Of a DNA stretch of 32,000 nt, positions 1 to 9,889 are shown piece after piece (positions within the stretch are counted from its first letter, which is position 1; each line of letters begins with the position of its first letter). Where the stretch lies: contig NZ_LN831039.1 in NCBI RefSeq assembly GCF_001457595.1, positions 6,180,001-6,212,000 of the forward strand. The letters run 5' to 3'. Made by a program: the position numbers and the translations under genes. Under the pieces are notes generated by a model. The model had not been told where the DNA came from and searched no databases. It was given only the letters and a program-made list of their open reading frames with translations. Source of the DNA: Mycolicibacterium smegmatis (GTDB taxonomy: Bacteria; Actinomycetota; Actinomycetes; Mycobacteriales; Mycobacteriaceae).

Positions 1-331
1 CGCGCGCGGCCTGCAGCGCGGTGTAGCGCGCCGTGCGCGCGGCGGCCTCAGGCCCGCCGGAGCGGCCCACCACCACCGGGATGATCTCGGCGCCAACACA
101 TCCCACCGACAGCGCCTGCGCCCGAGCGGTCTCGGCCACCGCACGCGCCCCGGTCTGCAGGCCGTGGTCGACGATGAGCGCCGTGGTGGGACGCTCGGCC
201 GCCGCGACCGCGGTGAGCGCAAGCGAGTCCGGCCCGCCGGACAACGCCACACACCAACGCTCGCCGTCGACCTGCGCTGCGAAATCGGCCACCGCCCGAC
301 GCAGCGTCGCTACAGCACGCGATCGATCCAT
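1..331 (-). CDS. tilS: tRNA(Ile)-lysidine synthase TilS, N-terminal part (runs off left edge)
   Basis: Reverse-strand translation from ATG at 331: MDRSRAVATLRRAVADFAAQVDGERWCVALSGGPDSLALTAVAAAERPTTALIVDHGLQ..., with the PP-loop SGGPDS motif. Overlaps the upstream gene by 22 bp. Confidence 0.85.
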   Translation of the reverse strand, partial: MDRSRAVATLRRAVADFAAQVDGERWCVALSGGPDSLALTAVAAAERPTTALIVDHGLQTGARAVAETARAQALSVGCVGAEIIPVVVGRSGGPEAAARTARYTALQAAR

Positions 332-1392
332 CGCTGCGGTTCGTCGATCTCGGTTGGCAGCGGCAACGTCTCGGCGTTCGTCCACACGGTGTTGAACCGT
401 TGCATCCCCACCGCGGACACCACGTGGTCGACGAACGCCTTGCCGCGGGTGTACTGACTGAGCTTGGCGTCGAACCCCAGAAGTGCACGCACGACGCGCT
501 GCACCGGGGGCTGCTTGCGTTGCCTGCGTTCGTCGAAGCGCCGCCGGATGGTGCCCACGGTGGGCACCACGGCGGGGCCGACGGCGTCCATGACGTGATC
601 GGCGTGGCCTTCCAGCAGCGTGCCCAGCACGAGCAGCTGGTCGAGCGCGCGGCGCTGTGGTTCGGCTTGCACCGCACGCATCAGCCCCAGGATCCCGGTC
701 GAATTCGGTTCGGGCGCAGACCCGTTGGTGCCGCGCTGGTCACGCACATACTGCGCGAGGCGGCCGGCCAGTGCGGCGACATCGTCGCCCGCGTCCTGCG
801 TGAGCACCGCGAGCGCCTGCGACATGTGGTCGGCCAGCCAGGGGTTGGCACGGAACTGCACGCGGTGGGTGACCTCGTGCAGGCACACCCAGAGGCGGAA
901 ATCGGCTGGGGCGACGCGCAGTTGGCGTTCCACCGAGATGACGTTGGGGTACACCAGCAGCAGTTCACCGCCGTCGGGGCCGAACGGGTCGTACTGGCCC
1001 AGGATGCCCGACGAGATGAACGCCAGCAAAGCGCCGGTCTGCGCGCCGGTGACGCGCCCGGTGATGAACCCGGGCTTGTCCCCGTTCGCGTCACTGTCCC
1101 CGGTGTCGCCGCCCGTGGTCATCACGCGCATCGACCGGGTGGCCGCGCGGATCCAGGCGGGACGGTCGACGACACGGGCCTCGGGCACCTCGGCGCCCTC
1201 GTTGAGACCCGTGACCTCGCGGACGGGCAGCTCGGCGGCGCGTGCGCTCTCGGAGAGCTGATCGATGGCCTGGCGGCGCGTGTAGTCGGTCGAAGGCGGT
1301 TCGGGCCGCGCGAGCTTGGCGCCGACGGATGCGGCGAAATCCCAGTCGACCGCGCGGCCCGCGGTCATGGTGGGCCGGCTCATGCGCCGCAT
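310..1392 (-). CDS. Zinc-dependent metalloprotease (DUF2342 / 'coenzyme F420 biosynthesis-associated' family)
   Basis: ORF 310..1557; likely start at MRRMSRP (1392) or MSRP (1383). Contains HEVTHRVQF (HExxH) and EGHADHVMDAVG typical of this actinobacterial family. Sits between dacB and tilS. Confidence 0.85.
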   Translation of the reverse strand: MRRMSRPTMTAGRAVDWDFAASVGAKLARPEPPSTDYTRRQAIDQLSESARAAELPVREVTGLNEGAEVPEARVVDRPAWIRAATRSMRVMTTGGDTGDSDANGDKPGFITGRVTGAQTGALLAFISSGILGQYDPFGPDGGELLLVYPNVISVERQLRVAPADFRLWVCLHEVTHRVQFRANPWLADHMSQALAVLTQDAGDDVAALAGRLAQYVRDQRGTNGSAPEPNSTGILGLMRAVQAEPQRRALDQLLVLGTLLEGHADHVMDAVGPAVVPTVGTIRRRFDERRQRKQPPVQRVVRALLGFDAKLSQYTRGKAFVDHVVSAVGMQRFNTVWTNAETLPLPTEIDEPQRWIDRVL

Positions 1393-2762
1393 CCGCAGCT
1401 GCGCAGCACCGCGGCGAGCCCGTCGATCGCGGTGCGTCCGGTGGGCCCGGCTTTGTTGGAGATCAGCGCGAACGTGAGCACCCGGCCGCTGTGGTCGGTG
1501 ACGATGCCTGCCAGCGCGTTGGTTCCGGTCAGCGACCCGGTCTTGGCGCGCAGCCACCCCGCTGCGGCACGGCCGGCGTCGGTGTCGAGGTAGCGGTTGG
1601 ACAGGGTGCCGCTGCCACCGGCGATGGGCAGCAGGTCCACCAGCGGCCGCAGAGCGGGCTGGGTGTGTCCGGCAGCGGCGTTGACCACCTCATCGAGGGT
1701 AAGCGCGGTCAGCCGGTTGTCGACCGACAGGCCGCTGGAGTCGACGAGCTTGGCACCCGAGGTGTCGATGCCCACGGATCGCAGCTGGGTCAGCACCGCC
1801 CCGACGGCACCCTCGAAGCTCTGTGGCCGGCCAAGCGCCTCGGCGACCTCACGGGCGATCGACTCGGCCATCACGTTGTCCGACTCGTTCATCATCTGCC
1901 GCAGCCGCTCGATGAGCGGCGCCGACTGCACCTCGGCGATTGTGGTGCCGCCACGCATGCCGGACGGCATCAGCGTCACCGACTCCGGTTCGACGCCCAG
2001 TGCAGCGGCCAGCGCCTTCCCCGCGTCGAGCGCGGGACTCTTCGACCGCCGCGATTCCACGGTGGTGGGCTGTGTGCGCCCGCCGTCGAGCATCACCGAT
2101 TCCATGGGGGCGATGTCGCCGCCGTCGATGTCGGCCGGGTCCCAGCCGGGTGCCATGGTGGGGCCGCTGTACGCGCTGGTGTCGACGCGCACACGGGTCA
2201 CGCGAATGCCGCGTGCGCGGACCTGGTCGGCGAGGTCGCTGATGCGGGCCGCACCCTTGTACCAGGTGTCGGTGCCCTTCGGCGCGGCCGAGAGTGTGGT
2301 GTCGCCGCCGCCGCGCAGCACCACCAGGCCGGGTTGGTCGTCGGCGGCGACCACCGTGGTGGTGAGCCGCGCATCGCGGTCGAGGGTCAGCAGCGCGGCC
2401 GCGGTGGTGAGCACCTTGTTGACCGACGCGGGCTGCATGGGCACGCGCGCACCCTGTTCCCACAGCTCGGCGCCCGTGTCGGCGTCGGTGATGCGGCCTG
2501 TGATCAGACCCAGATCGGGGTTTGCCAGCGCGGCCGCAAGGGCGGTCGCCAGCCCGCGGCGCGTCGGTGTGGGCGCCGACAGGTCGACCGGTACGACGCC
2601 GGGATCGGCGGTGGCAGGCGGCGGGGCGGGCGGCACGGCCTCTGCCGCGTCCGAGTGTTTGCCGGTGAACAGGGCCGCGGCGGCGACGACGGCGACGACG
2701 AGCGCGAGCACCGCAACACCTACCGCCACGTGGGTGGACCGTCTCCACCGAGTGGGCCGCAT
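1380..2762 (-). CDS. dacB: D-alanyl-D-alanine carboxypeptidase/endopeptidase, PBP4 (S13) family, with N-terminal TM/signal anchor
   Basis: ORF 1380..2822, likely ATG 2762 ([32 protein letters not shown]). Motifs: PASVNKVLT (SxxK), [14 protein letters not shown] (SxN), [13 protein letters not shown] (KTG). Confidence 0.92.
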   Translation of the reverse strand: MRPTRWRRSTHVAVGVAVLALVVAVVAAAALFTGKHSDAAEAVPPAPPPATADPGVVPVDLSAPTPTRRGLATALAAALANPDLGLITGRITDADTGAELWEQGARVPMQPASVNKVLTTAAALLTLDRDARLTTTVVAADDQPGLVVLRGGGDTTLSAAPKGTDTWYKGAARISDLADQVRARGIRVTRVRVDTSAYSGPTMAPGWDPADIDGGDIAPMESVMLDGGRTQPTTVESRRSKSPALDAGKALAAALGVEPESVTLMPSGMRGGTTIAEVQSAPLIERLRQMMNESDNVMAESIAREVAEALGRPQSFEGAVGAVLTQLRSVGIDTSGAKLVDSSGLSVDNRLTALTLDEVVNAAAGHTQPALRPLVDLLPIAGGSGTLSNRYLDTDAGRAAAGWLRAKTGSLTGTNALAGIVTDHSGRVLTFALISNKAGPTGRTAIDGLAAVLRSCGCGA

Positions 2763-2905
2763 ACTTCCCCTGCTCTCGATCGACCTTGGTGAGCCACCCC
2801 TGCGCGTCAGCCTATCGCTCATCTAAGGTTGGCCCGGCGGGGTCGTCCCCGCGTCGTCTGACAAGACGATCCCAGTCTGATTGCACATGCGAAGGAGCCG
2901 CGACG

Positions 2906-3394
2906 GTGGAGTTCGACGTCGTCATCGAGATCCCGAAGGGTTCACGCAACAAGTACGAGGTGGATCACGAGACCGGCCGGGTCAAGCTGGACCGGTACCT
3001 GTACACCCCGATGGGTTATCCCACCGACTACGGCTTCTTCGAGAACACCCTGGGCGAGGACGGCGATCCGCTGGACGCGCTGGTGCTGCTGACCGAGTCG
3101 GTGTTCCCCGGTTGCGTTGTCGAGGCGCGCCCGGTCGCGATGTTCAAGATGACCGACGAGGCGGGCGGCGACGACAAGCTGCTGTGCGTGCCTGCCGGTG
3201 ACCCCCGCTGGGACCACATCCAGGACGTCGGCGACATCTCGCAGTTCGAACTCGGCGCCATCAAGCACTTCTTCGTGCACTACAAGGACCTCGAGCCCGG
3301 CAAGTTCGTCAAGACCGCCGACTGGGTGGGCCGCGCCGAGGCCGAGGCCGAACTGCAGCGCTCGGTCGAGCGGTTCAAGAGCTCCGGGCACTGA
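2906..3394 (+). CDS. ppa: Inorganic pyrophosphatase
   Basis: GTG start at 2906 preceded by GAAGGAG (2891-2897); protein [44 protein letters not shown]...[10 protein letters not shown]...[20 protein letters not shown], canonical mycobacterial Ppa. Confidence 0.97.
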   Translation: MEFDVVIEIPKGSRNKYEVDHETGRVKLDRYLYTPMGYPTDYGFFENTLGEDGDPLDALVLLTESVFPGCVVEARPVAMFKMTDEAGGDDKLLCVPAGDPRWDHIQDVGDISQFELGAIKHFFVHYKDLEPGKFVKTADWVGRAEAEAELQRSVERFKSSGH

Positions 3395-3460
3395 TTTAGC
3401 CCGCAGTTAACACACCGTAACGCCGCTGTTCAATGCGGCTCCGATGATCATCGTGTGTTG

Positions 3461-3985
3461 ATGCATCAGGGCATGGGGCTCGAGGCGTACAACGCGCTGC
3501 CGCTGCGCCGAGCCGTGCACGCGGTGTTCGAGTGCTGCTGCTGCGTGACGCTGGCCACCGATCTCGCGAAGGGGCGTCCCTACCCGGATCACGCTTCGCT
3601 GTTCGCCAAGGCCGACGAGCTGTTGTTCAGCCTGGGTGAGGCGTCGATGGACACGATCCTGCAGGCCTACCCGTGTGTGGGCAGCCGCCCGCACAGCGAG
3701 AAGTCCCGCGGCGAGCAGTGCGCGGTATGGGACGCCGACGCGACCGTGATGGCGCAACTGGACGAGGCCGCCCGGCGGTACTGCGAGCGGTTCGGGTTCG
3801 GGTTCGTGATGTACGTCGGCGACTCGTGTGCCCGCGATGTGCTCGCGGCCATGGACCTGCGGCTGCACAACGATCACGAAACCGAGCGCAAGGTGGTCCG
3901 CAACGAACTGTCGCGGATCAACCGCGCGCGCCTGGAGCGCATGCTGGGTCCCGAGGGCGGTTACGACAACTGGTGCCCGGACTGA
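3461..3985 (+). CDS. 2-oxo-4-hydroxy-4-carboxy-5-ureidoimidazoline (OHCU) decarboxylase-like protein
   Basis: ORF from 3455; likely ATG at 3461 or 3473. GLEAYNALPLRRAVHAVFECCCCVTLATDLAKGRPYPDHASLFAKADELLFSL...HSEKSRGEQ matches the helical OHCU decarboxylase fold signature (CC....LA.GRPY....L...A). 3' end overlaps the convergent gene by 25 bp. Confidence 0.75.
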   Translation: MHQGMGLEAYNALPLRRAVHAVFECCCCVTLATDLAKGRPYPDHASLFAKADELLFSLGEASMDTILQAYPCVGSRPHSEKSRGEQCAVWDADATVMAQLDEAARRYCERFGFGFVMYVGDSCARDVLAAMDLRLHNDHETERKVVRNELSRINRARLERMLGPEGGYDNWCPD

Positions 3986-4965
3986 CGATCCATACGGTCT
4001 ATCTGGTTCACCAGGGGCTCGCCGCGCTGCAGGCGGCCGATGTTGGCCGCGATGTCGTCGGCCCGTGCCGCGAAGGTGTCGGCGGTGACCCCGGAGACGT
4101 GCGGTGTCATGAGCACGTTGGGCAGCGTGTCGAACGGTAGATCGCTGGGCGTGCCGTCGCCGTCGGGGCCCGGGTAGCGGTACCACACGTCGAGCGCCGC
4201 GGCCGCGATCGTGCCCGCGGACAACGCCTCGTACAGCGCGGATTCCACCACGAGCGGCCCCCTGCCCACGTTGATCAACACCCCTGAGGGTCCCAGCGCC
4301 CGCAGTTCGTCCGCGCCGATCATGCCGACCGTGCGCTCGGTGAGCGGCGCGCACACCACGACCACGTCGGATTCGGTCATCAGCGCCGTGAGCCTGCCGG
4401 TGTCGCCTGCCCAGCGCAGCCCCTCGGCGGCCGCGTCGACACGGCCGGTGCCGGTGACCGCGACCGCTTCGGACCCGAAGGCGCGCAACAGTTTCCAACT
4501 GGTGCGGCCGATGTGCCCGAATCCGATGTAACCGATGCGCGCATCCCGCAGTGTGCGTGGCTGCGGGATCTGCCGGTCGTAGCCCGGGGTGGCCCATCGT
4601 CCCGTCCGCAGCGCACGGTCCTGCGCCAGGAAGTCCCGGCGCAGCAGCACCGCGGCACCCGCGATGTACTCGGCGATCGACTCCTCGTGGTGGAAGGTGT
4701 TGGCCACCAGGGTGTCCGCGCGCAGGTGCGCGAAGTCGATCTTGTCGGTCCCCGCCCCGTTGACGTGGATCAGCCGCAACCGGTGCGCGGCGGCCGCCAT
4801 GTCGGCGGTGAACCTGCTGCCCACGTAGACATCGGCGTCCGGTAGGTCATCGAGGATCCGGCTGTCGCCGGGTTCGCGCCAGCACACGGTGACCCCGGCG
4901 GGCAGGGCGGCTTCCAGCCGGGATCGGTGCGGCAGGAGGTGGGCGTCGGCGACCAGAACGTGCAT
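3961..4965 (-). CDS. D-isomer-specific 2-hydroxyacid dehydrogenase
   Basis: C-terminal part of ORF 3961..5793; ATG 4965 (MHVLVADAHLLPHRSRLEAAL). IGYIGFGHIGRTSWKLLRAFG (Rossmann), LINVGRGPLVVESALYEAL, ALDVWYRYP, TPHVSG. Confidence 0.9.
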   Translation of the reverse strand: MHVLVADAHLLPHRSRLEAALPAGVTVCWREPGDSRILDDLPDADVYVGSRFTADMAAAAHRLRLIHVNGAGTDKIDFAHLRADTLVANTFHHEESIAEYIAGAAVLLRRDFLAQDRALRTGRWATPGYDRQIPQPRTLRDARIGYIGFGHIGRTSWKLLRAFGSEAVAVTGTGRVDAAAEGLRWAGDTGRLTALMTESDVVVVCAPLTERTVGMIGADELRALGPSGVLINVGRGPLVVESALYEALSAGTIAAAALDVWYRYPGPDGDGTPSDLPFDTLPNVLMTPHVSGVTADTFAARADDIAANIGRLQRGEPLVNQIDRMDRQSGHQLS

Positions 4966-4970
4966 GATCG

Positions 4971-6320
4971 TCACTTCCTCTGCAGAGCAGGACGTTTGGG
5001 GTCGAATGTCCAGCCGGGGATCAGGTACTGCATCGCGACGGAGTCGTCGCGCGCGCCGAGCCCCTCGGCCAGATACAGCTCGTGTGCGGCCGCGACGCGG
5101 TCGTCGTCGAGTTCCACCCCGAGCCCCGGCGCGGTGGGCACGTCGAGGTATCCGTCGACGATCTCGAAGGGCTGCTTGGTGATGCGCTGCCCGTCCTGCC
5201 AGATCCAGTGGGTGTCGATCGCGGTGATGTCGCCGGGCGCGGCGGCCGCGACGTGGGTGAACATCGCCAGCGACACGTCGAAGTGGTTGTTGGAGTGTGA
5301 ACCCCACGTCAGGCCCCAGGCGTCGCAGATGGCCGCGACACGCACCGATCCGCTCATGGTCCAGAAGTGCGGATCGGCCAGCGGGATGTCCACGGCGCCC
5401 GCGCGGATCGCGTGGCCGAGTTCGCGCCAGTCCGTGGCGATCATGTTGGTGGCCGTCGGCAGCCCGGTGGCCCGTTTGAACTCGGCCATCACCTCGCGCC
5501 CCGAGAACGTGCCCTCGGGGCCGACGGGATCCTCGGCGTAGGCCAGCACATCGGTGAGCTGCCTGCACGTGACGATCGCGTCGCGCAGCAGCCAGCCGCC
5601 GTTGGGATCGAGCGTGATCCGCGCGTCGGGGAACCGTTCGGCCAGCGCGGTGACGGCCTTGGCCTCCTCCGCCGCGGGCAGCACGCCGCCCTTGAGCTTG
5701 AAGTCGCCGAACCCGTACCGCGCGCGGGCGGCCTCGGCCAACCGGACCACGGCCTCCGGGGACAACGCCTCGTCGTGGCGGATGCGCTGCCACTCGTCGG
5801 CGCCCGCGGGCTCGTCGTCGGGTGAGCGGTACGGCAGATCGGTGCGGTTGCGGTCGCCCACGAAGAACAGATATCCGAGCGCCTGCACGCGGTTTCGCTG
5901 CTGACCGTCGCCGAGCAGTGCGGCGACCGGCACGCCGAGATGCTTGCCCAGCAGGTCCAGCAGTGCCGATTCGACCGCGGTGACGGCGTGCACCGTGACC
6001 CGCAGGTCGAAGGTCTGCGCGCCCCGGCCGCCGCTGTCGCGGTCGGCGAACGCGCCGCGGATCGCGGCGAGCGTGGCGTGGTACTCGCCGATCGAACGGC
6101 CCACCACGAGTGGCGTGGCGTCGGTGAGGGTCCGGCGGATGGCCTCGCCTCCCGGCACCTCACCGACACCGGTGTTGCCGTCGGAATCCGTGAGTTTCAC
6201 GAGGTTCCTGGTGAAGTAGGGCCCGTGTGCGCCACTGAGGTTGAGCAGCATGCTGTCGTGCCCGGCGACCGGGATCACGGTCATCTCGGTGACCACCGGG
6301 GTCGTGCCGTGTGCGGTCAT
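4971..6320 (-). CDS. gudD: Glucarate dehydratase (enolase superfamily, canonical GudD type)
   Basis: ATG 6320 ([41 protein letters not shown]). [81 protein letters not shown] are near-diagnostic for GudD. Confidence 0.93.
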   Translation of the reverse strand: MTAHGTTPVVTEMTVIPVAGHDSMLLNLSGAHGPYFTRNLVKLTDSDGNTGVGEVPGGEAIRRTLTDATPLVVGRSIGEYHATLAAIRGAFADRDSGGRGAQTFDLRVTVHAVTAVESALLDLLGKHLGVPVAALLGDGQQRNRVQALGYLFFVGDRNRTDLPYRSPDDEPAGADEWQRIRHDEALSPEAVVRLAEAARARYGFGDFKLKGGVLPAAEEAKAVTALAERFPDARITLDPNGGWLLRDAIVTCRQLTDVLAYAEDPVGPEGTFSGREVMAEFKRATGLPTATNMIATDWRELGHAIRAGAVDIPLADPHFWTMSGSVRVAAICDAWGLTWGSHSNNHFDVSLAMFTHVAAAAPGDITAIDTHWIWQDGQRITKQPFEIVDGYLDVPTAPGLGVELDDDRVAAAHELYLAEGLGARDDSVAMQYLIPGWTFDPKRPALQRK

Positions 6321-6345
6321 GTGTCCTCCTCGATGAGTGTCGGGT

Positions 6346-7146
6346 TCACGCGAACCACTTGTCCCCGTTGGCCACCGGGCGCACGACACGCGACACCTTG
6401 TCGCACACCATGCGCAGCGCGTCGACGATCTCGCGTTCGTGTTCGGGGGTGAGCCGCGACAGCGGCACCGACGCGCTGATCGCGTCCTGCGCGGGTTGCC
6501 GGTAACGCAGCGCCACCGCGAAACACTTTGTGCCCAGCGTGTTCTCCTCGTTCTCGGTGGCATAGCCGCGTACCCGCGCCTCGCCGAGAGCGTCGTCGAG
6601 AACCGCGCGGTCGGTGATGGTGTGCGGCGTCAACGGAGTCAGGGTCTGCGGGACGTGGGCATCGAGGTCGGCGCCGAACCGCTCGGCCAGCAGGGCCTTG
6701 CCCAGTGCGGTGGTGTAGGCAGGCAACCGGCGGCCCACCTTGTTGGTGGTGCGCACGTACTGCCGGGACTCGCGCGTGGCCAGGTAGACGACGTCGTACC
6801 CGTCGAGGCGCGCGAGGTGGAACGTCTCGTCGAGTTCGCCGCGCAGATCGTCGAGAAACGGTGTGATCAGCGGCAGATACGGGTCGGCGTCCAGGTAGCT
6901 GGTGCCCACCAGCAGCGCGCGGATCCCGATGCTGTACTGCGTACCCGCCTCGTCCGATCGCACCCAGCCCTGCGCGACGAGCGTGCGCAGCAGCGCGTGC
7001 GCGGAACTGCGTGGCATGTCCAGCGCCGCGCAGATCTCCCGGATGCGTGTGGGCCGGTCCGGCCGGGCCGCGAGGTACTCGAGCAGTTCGACGGTGCGGA
7101 CCGCCGATTTCACCTTGCGCACCGAAACGGCGTCATCGGTTGACAA
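6346..7146 (-). CDS. IclR-family transcriptional regulator
   Basis: TTG start 7146 (or GTG 7122): [51 protein letters not shown] (wHTH) plus IclR effector domain. Confidence 0.92.
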   Translation of the reverse strand: MSTDDAVSVRKVKSAVRTVELLEYLAARPDRPTRIREICAALDMPRSSAHALLRTLVAQGWVRSDEAGTQYSIGIRALLVGTSYLDADPYLPLITPFLDDLRGELDETFHLARLDGYDVVYLATRESRQYVRTTNKVGRRLPAYTTALGKALLAERFGADLDAHVPQTLTPLTPHTITDRAVLDDALGEARVRGYATENEENTLGTKCFAVALRYRQPAQDAISASVPLSRLTPEHEREIVDALRMVCDKVSRVVRPVANGDKWFA

Positions 7147-7147
7147 T

Positions 7148-7870
7148 TCATCCCCCCATCAACTGTCGGACGATCAGGATCACCGCACCGAGAGTCGAGA
7201 TCGCGATCGCGGCCCGGCGCTGCCGGTTGCGGTCCAGATGCCGGTTGACCCAGCGGGACAGCGCGTATCCCACGGCCACGGCGGGGATCAGCAACGCGAA
7301 CATCACCAGGGTGTGGCGGTCGATGGCGCCGGTCGCCGCCAGAACCGCGAGCGAGAGCACCGAACCCACCAGGAAGAACCCACTCATCGTGCCGCGCAAC
7401 CGCGCGCCGGTGCTGTTCTGCCACACCAGCGCCATGGGTGGGCCGCCGATGGCGGTGGCGGTGCCCAGCACGCCCGACGTCGCGCCGGCCAACACGAGGT
7501 TGCGGCGGTGTGGAGCGGGCATCCACCCGAGGCTCGTCACCGCGACGCCCGTGAGCACCACGGCCGCCAGCGCGAACGCGAGCGCCTTCTCGGGCAGCGC
7601 CATCAGCAGCAGTGCACCGAGAACGGTTCCGGGCACGCGTCCCAGCAGCGCCCACCCGGTCCCGGACAGGTCGATCGACTCGCGTTCGCGGATCACGACC
7701 AGCAGGGTGACCGCGGTGGCCAGCATGATGAGCGTGCCGGGGATCAGCGCGGGATCCACGATCGCGACCACGGGCGCGGCGAGCATGCCCATGCCGAACC
7801 CGATCGAGGCCTGCATGCACGACGCCAGCAGGATCGCCGCGGCGACCACCGCATAGCCCGCGACTGTCAC
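7148..7870 (-). CDS. TauE/SafE-family membrane permease
   Basis: Likely GTG start at 7870 (VTVAGYAVVAAAILLASCMQASIGFGMGMLAAPVVAIVDPALIPG...). IGFGMGMLAAPVVA and GGPPMALVWQNS signatures; multiple TM segments; overlaps the upstream ABC gene by 4 bp. Confidence 0.87.
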   Translation of the reverse strand: MTVAGYAVVAAAILLASCMQASIGFGMGMLAAPVVAIVDPALIPGTLIMLATAVTLLVVIRERESIDLSGTGWALLGRVPGTVLGALLLMALPEKALAFALAAVVLTGVAVTSLGWMPAPHRRNLVLAGATSGVLGTATAIGGPPMALVWQNSTGARLRGTMSGFFLVGSVLSLAVLAATGAIDRHTLVMFALLIPAVAVGYALSRWVNRHLDRNRQRRAAIAISTLGAVILIVRQLMGG

Positions 7871-8865
7871 GCCGGGACCGACATCGCGTGGTGCATCGGG
7901 TGATGGCACTCGGCGATGTGGGCACTGCCGTCTGTTTCCTCCGCCGGCTCGACCGCGTGCGGCGGGGTGGTCTGTGCGCAGATGTCGGTGGCCTTCCAGC
8001 ACCGGGTGCGGAACCGGCATCCCGACGGCGGGTTCAGCGGCGACGGGACCTCTCCGGTGAGCAGGATCCGTTCACGCCGCTGCGTGGCATCGAGTTTCGG
8101 CGCGGCCGACATCAGCGCCGCGGTGTAGGGGTGGCCGGGCCGGTTGTAGACGTCCTCGGTGCGTCCGGATTCGATCATCCGGCCCAGGTACATGACCGTG
8201 ACCCGGTCGGCCACGTGGCGGACCACCGACAGGTCGTGCGATATGAAGATGTAGGAGATCTGCAGTTGCTGCTGCAAATCGTTGAGCAGGTTGAGCACCT
8301 GCGCCTGCACCGAGAGGTCCAGCGCCGACACCGGTTCGTCGCAGATGATCACGTCGGGATCCAGCGCGAGGGCGCGGGCGATGCCCAGGCGCTGCCGCTG
8401 ACCGCCCGAGAACTCCTGCGGGTACTTGTCCGCGGCGTGTGCGCTCAGTCCGACCATGTCGAGCAGCTCGCGCACCCGCGCGTCGCGGTCCGAACGGCGC
8501 GGGTACATCGTCTTGTGGCTGCGCCACGGTTCGGCGATGATGTCGGCCGCGGTCATGCGGGAGTTCAGCGACGCGTACGGGTCCTGGAACACCATCTGCA
8601 CGCGGCGGCGGTAGGCCAGCAGGTCCTTGCCGCGCAACCGGAACGGATCGACCCCGTCGAACGTGACGGTGCCCGCGTCGGGCCGCTCGAGCATCATCAG
8701 CGTGCGCGCCAACGTCGATTTGCCGCAACCGGATTCGCCGACCAGGCCGAGCGTCTCGCCGCGGTCGAGGTGCAGGTTGATGCCGTCGAGCGCCACCAGA
8801 CGGTTCTTGCCCGCGACGCGGAACGACTTGCGCAGGTCGCGCACCTGCAGCAGGTGTTCACTCAT
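7867..8865 (-). CDS. Oligopeptide/dipeptide-type ABC transporter ATP-binding protein (OppF/DppF-like)
   Basis: Walker [10 protein letters not shown], signature SGGQRQR, Walker B VIICDEP, C-terminal oligo_HPY domain (HPYTAAL...CRFRTRCWKATDIC). Confidence 0.95.
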   Translation of the reverse strand: MSEHLLQVRDLRKSFRVAGKNRLVALDGINLHLDRGETLGLVGESGCGKSTLARTLMMLERPDAGTVTFDGVDPFRLRGKDLLAYRRRVQMVFQDPYASLNSRMTAADIIAEPWRSHKTMYPRRSDRDARVRELLDMVGLSAHAADKYPQEFSGGQRQRLGIARALALDPDVIICDEPVSALDLSVQAQVLNLLNDLQQQLQISYIFISHDLSVVRHVADRVTVMYLGRMIESGRTEDVYNRPGHPYTAALMSAAPKLDATQRRERILLTGEVPSPLNPPSGCRFRTRCWKATDICAQTTPPHAVEPAEETDGSAHIAECHHPMHHAMSVPA

Positions 8866-9889
8866 GGTGTTCTCCTCCCGTTCCGCCTGCCGCTCGATCG
8901 GAAAAGTGGCACGCGGCGCGGCGATGCTCGCCTTCGAGCACCGGCCTGGTGGTCACGCAGATGTCGGCAACGTGCGGGCAGCGGTCCTGGTAGACACAGC
9001 CTTTCGGGATCGCGCTGAGCTCGGGCGGCGCCCCGCCGATCGACGCCAGCGCCTCGCCGCGCACCGCGCTGACCGGCACCGAGTCCAGCAGACCTTTGGT
9101 GTAGGGATGCGCCGGGTTGGCGAAAACCTCGGCCACCGGGCCGGTTTCGACGATCTGTCCGGCGTACATCACCGCGACGCGGTCGGCCTCCTCGGCCACG
9201 AGCGCCAGGTCGTGGGTGATCAGCACGACCGCCATGTGGTATTCGGTGCGCAGGTCCCGCAGCAGCGCCATGATCTGCGCCTGCACTGTGACGTCGAGCG
9301 CGGTGGTCGGCTCGTCGGCGATCAGCACGGTGGGGTTGAGCGCGACGGCCATCGCGATGAGCAGGCGCTGGCGCATACCGCCGGAGAACTGGTGCGGGTA
9401 GTCGTGCAGGCGCGACTCGGGTTGCGGTATCCCGACGCGTTCCATCAGTTCGACGGCCTTGTTCCGGGCCTCCCTGGCACTCAGTCCCCGGTGGATGCGG
9501 AACGGTTCGGCCAGTTGGGTTCCCACGGTGTAGAGCGGGTTGAGCGCGGTGAGTGCGTCCTGGAACACGATGGCCAGTTCGGTGCCCGCGAGTGCGCGGC
9601 GAGTCTTGCGGTCGGCGCTGATCAGGTCCACCTCGCCGAGGTGCGCGGTGCCCGCCGAGACGCTCGCGACGGGTTCGAGCAGGCCGACCAGCGCGGTGGC
9701 CGTCATCGACTTGCCGCACCCGGATTCGCCGAGAAGCGCCAGGGTTTCGCCGCGGTGCGCCTCGAACGACACGTGGTCGACCGCGCGCACCGTGCCGGAC
9801 ATGCTGCGGATGTCCACACACAGTCCGTCGACCTTGAGCGCAGGATCGGCCAGCACGGCGGTGGTGGACCGGTTCGCAGGTGAGGTCAT
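8858..9889 (-). CDS. Oligopeptide/dipeptide-type ABC transporter ATP-binding protein (OppD/DppD-like)
   Basis: ATG 9889 ([23 protein letters not shown]). [44 protein letters not shown]-terminal [14 protein letters not shown]. Confidence 0.95.
   Translation of the reverse strand: MTSPANRSTTAVLADPALKVDGLCVDIRSMSGTVRAVDHVSFEAHRGETLALLGESGCGKSMTATALVGLLEPVASVSAGTAHLGEVDLISADRKTRRALAGTELAIVFQDALTALNPLYTVGTQLAEPFRIHRGLSAREARNKAVELMERVGIPQPESRLHDYPHQFSGGMRQRLLIAMAVALNPTVLIADEPTTALDVTVQAQIMALLRDLRTEYHMAVVLITHDLALVAEEADRVAVMYAGQIVETGPVAEVFANPAHPYTKGLLDSVPVSAVRGEALASIGGAPPELSAIPKGCVYQDRCPHVADICVTTRPVLEGEHRRAACHFSDRAAGGTGGEHHE

Noticed and set aside
1242-2792. 516-aa plus-strand ORF opposite dacB
   Set aside because: Shadow ORF in high-GC DNA; S13 peptidase motifs are on the minus strand.
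3530-3550. TGCTGCTGCTGC-like run as a microsatellite or frameshift site
   Set aside because: Only four Cys codons in frame inside a conserved helix; the frame continues intact on both sides.
3961-5793. 610-aa ORF taken as one protein
   Set aside because: Only the C-terminal 334 residues (from ATG 4965) form a dehydrogenase; the N-terminal extension is an out-of-frame read through gudD.
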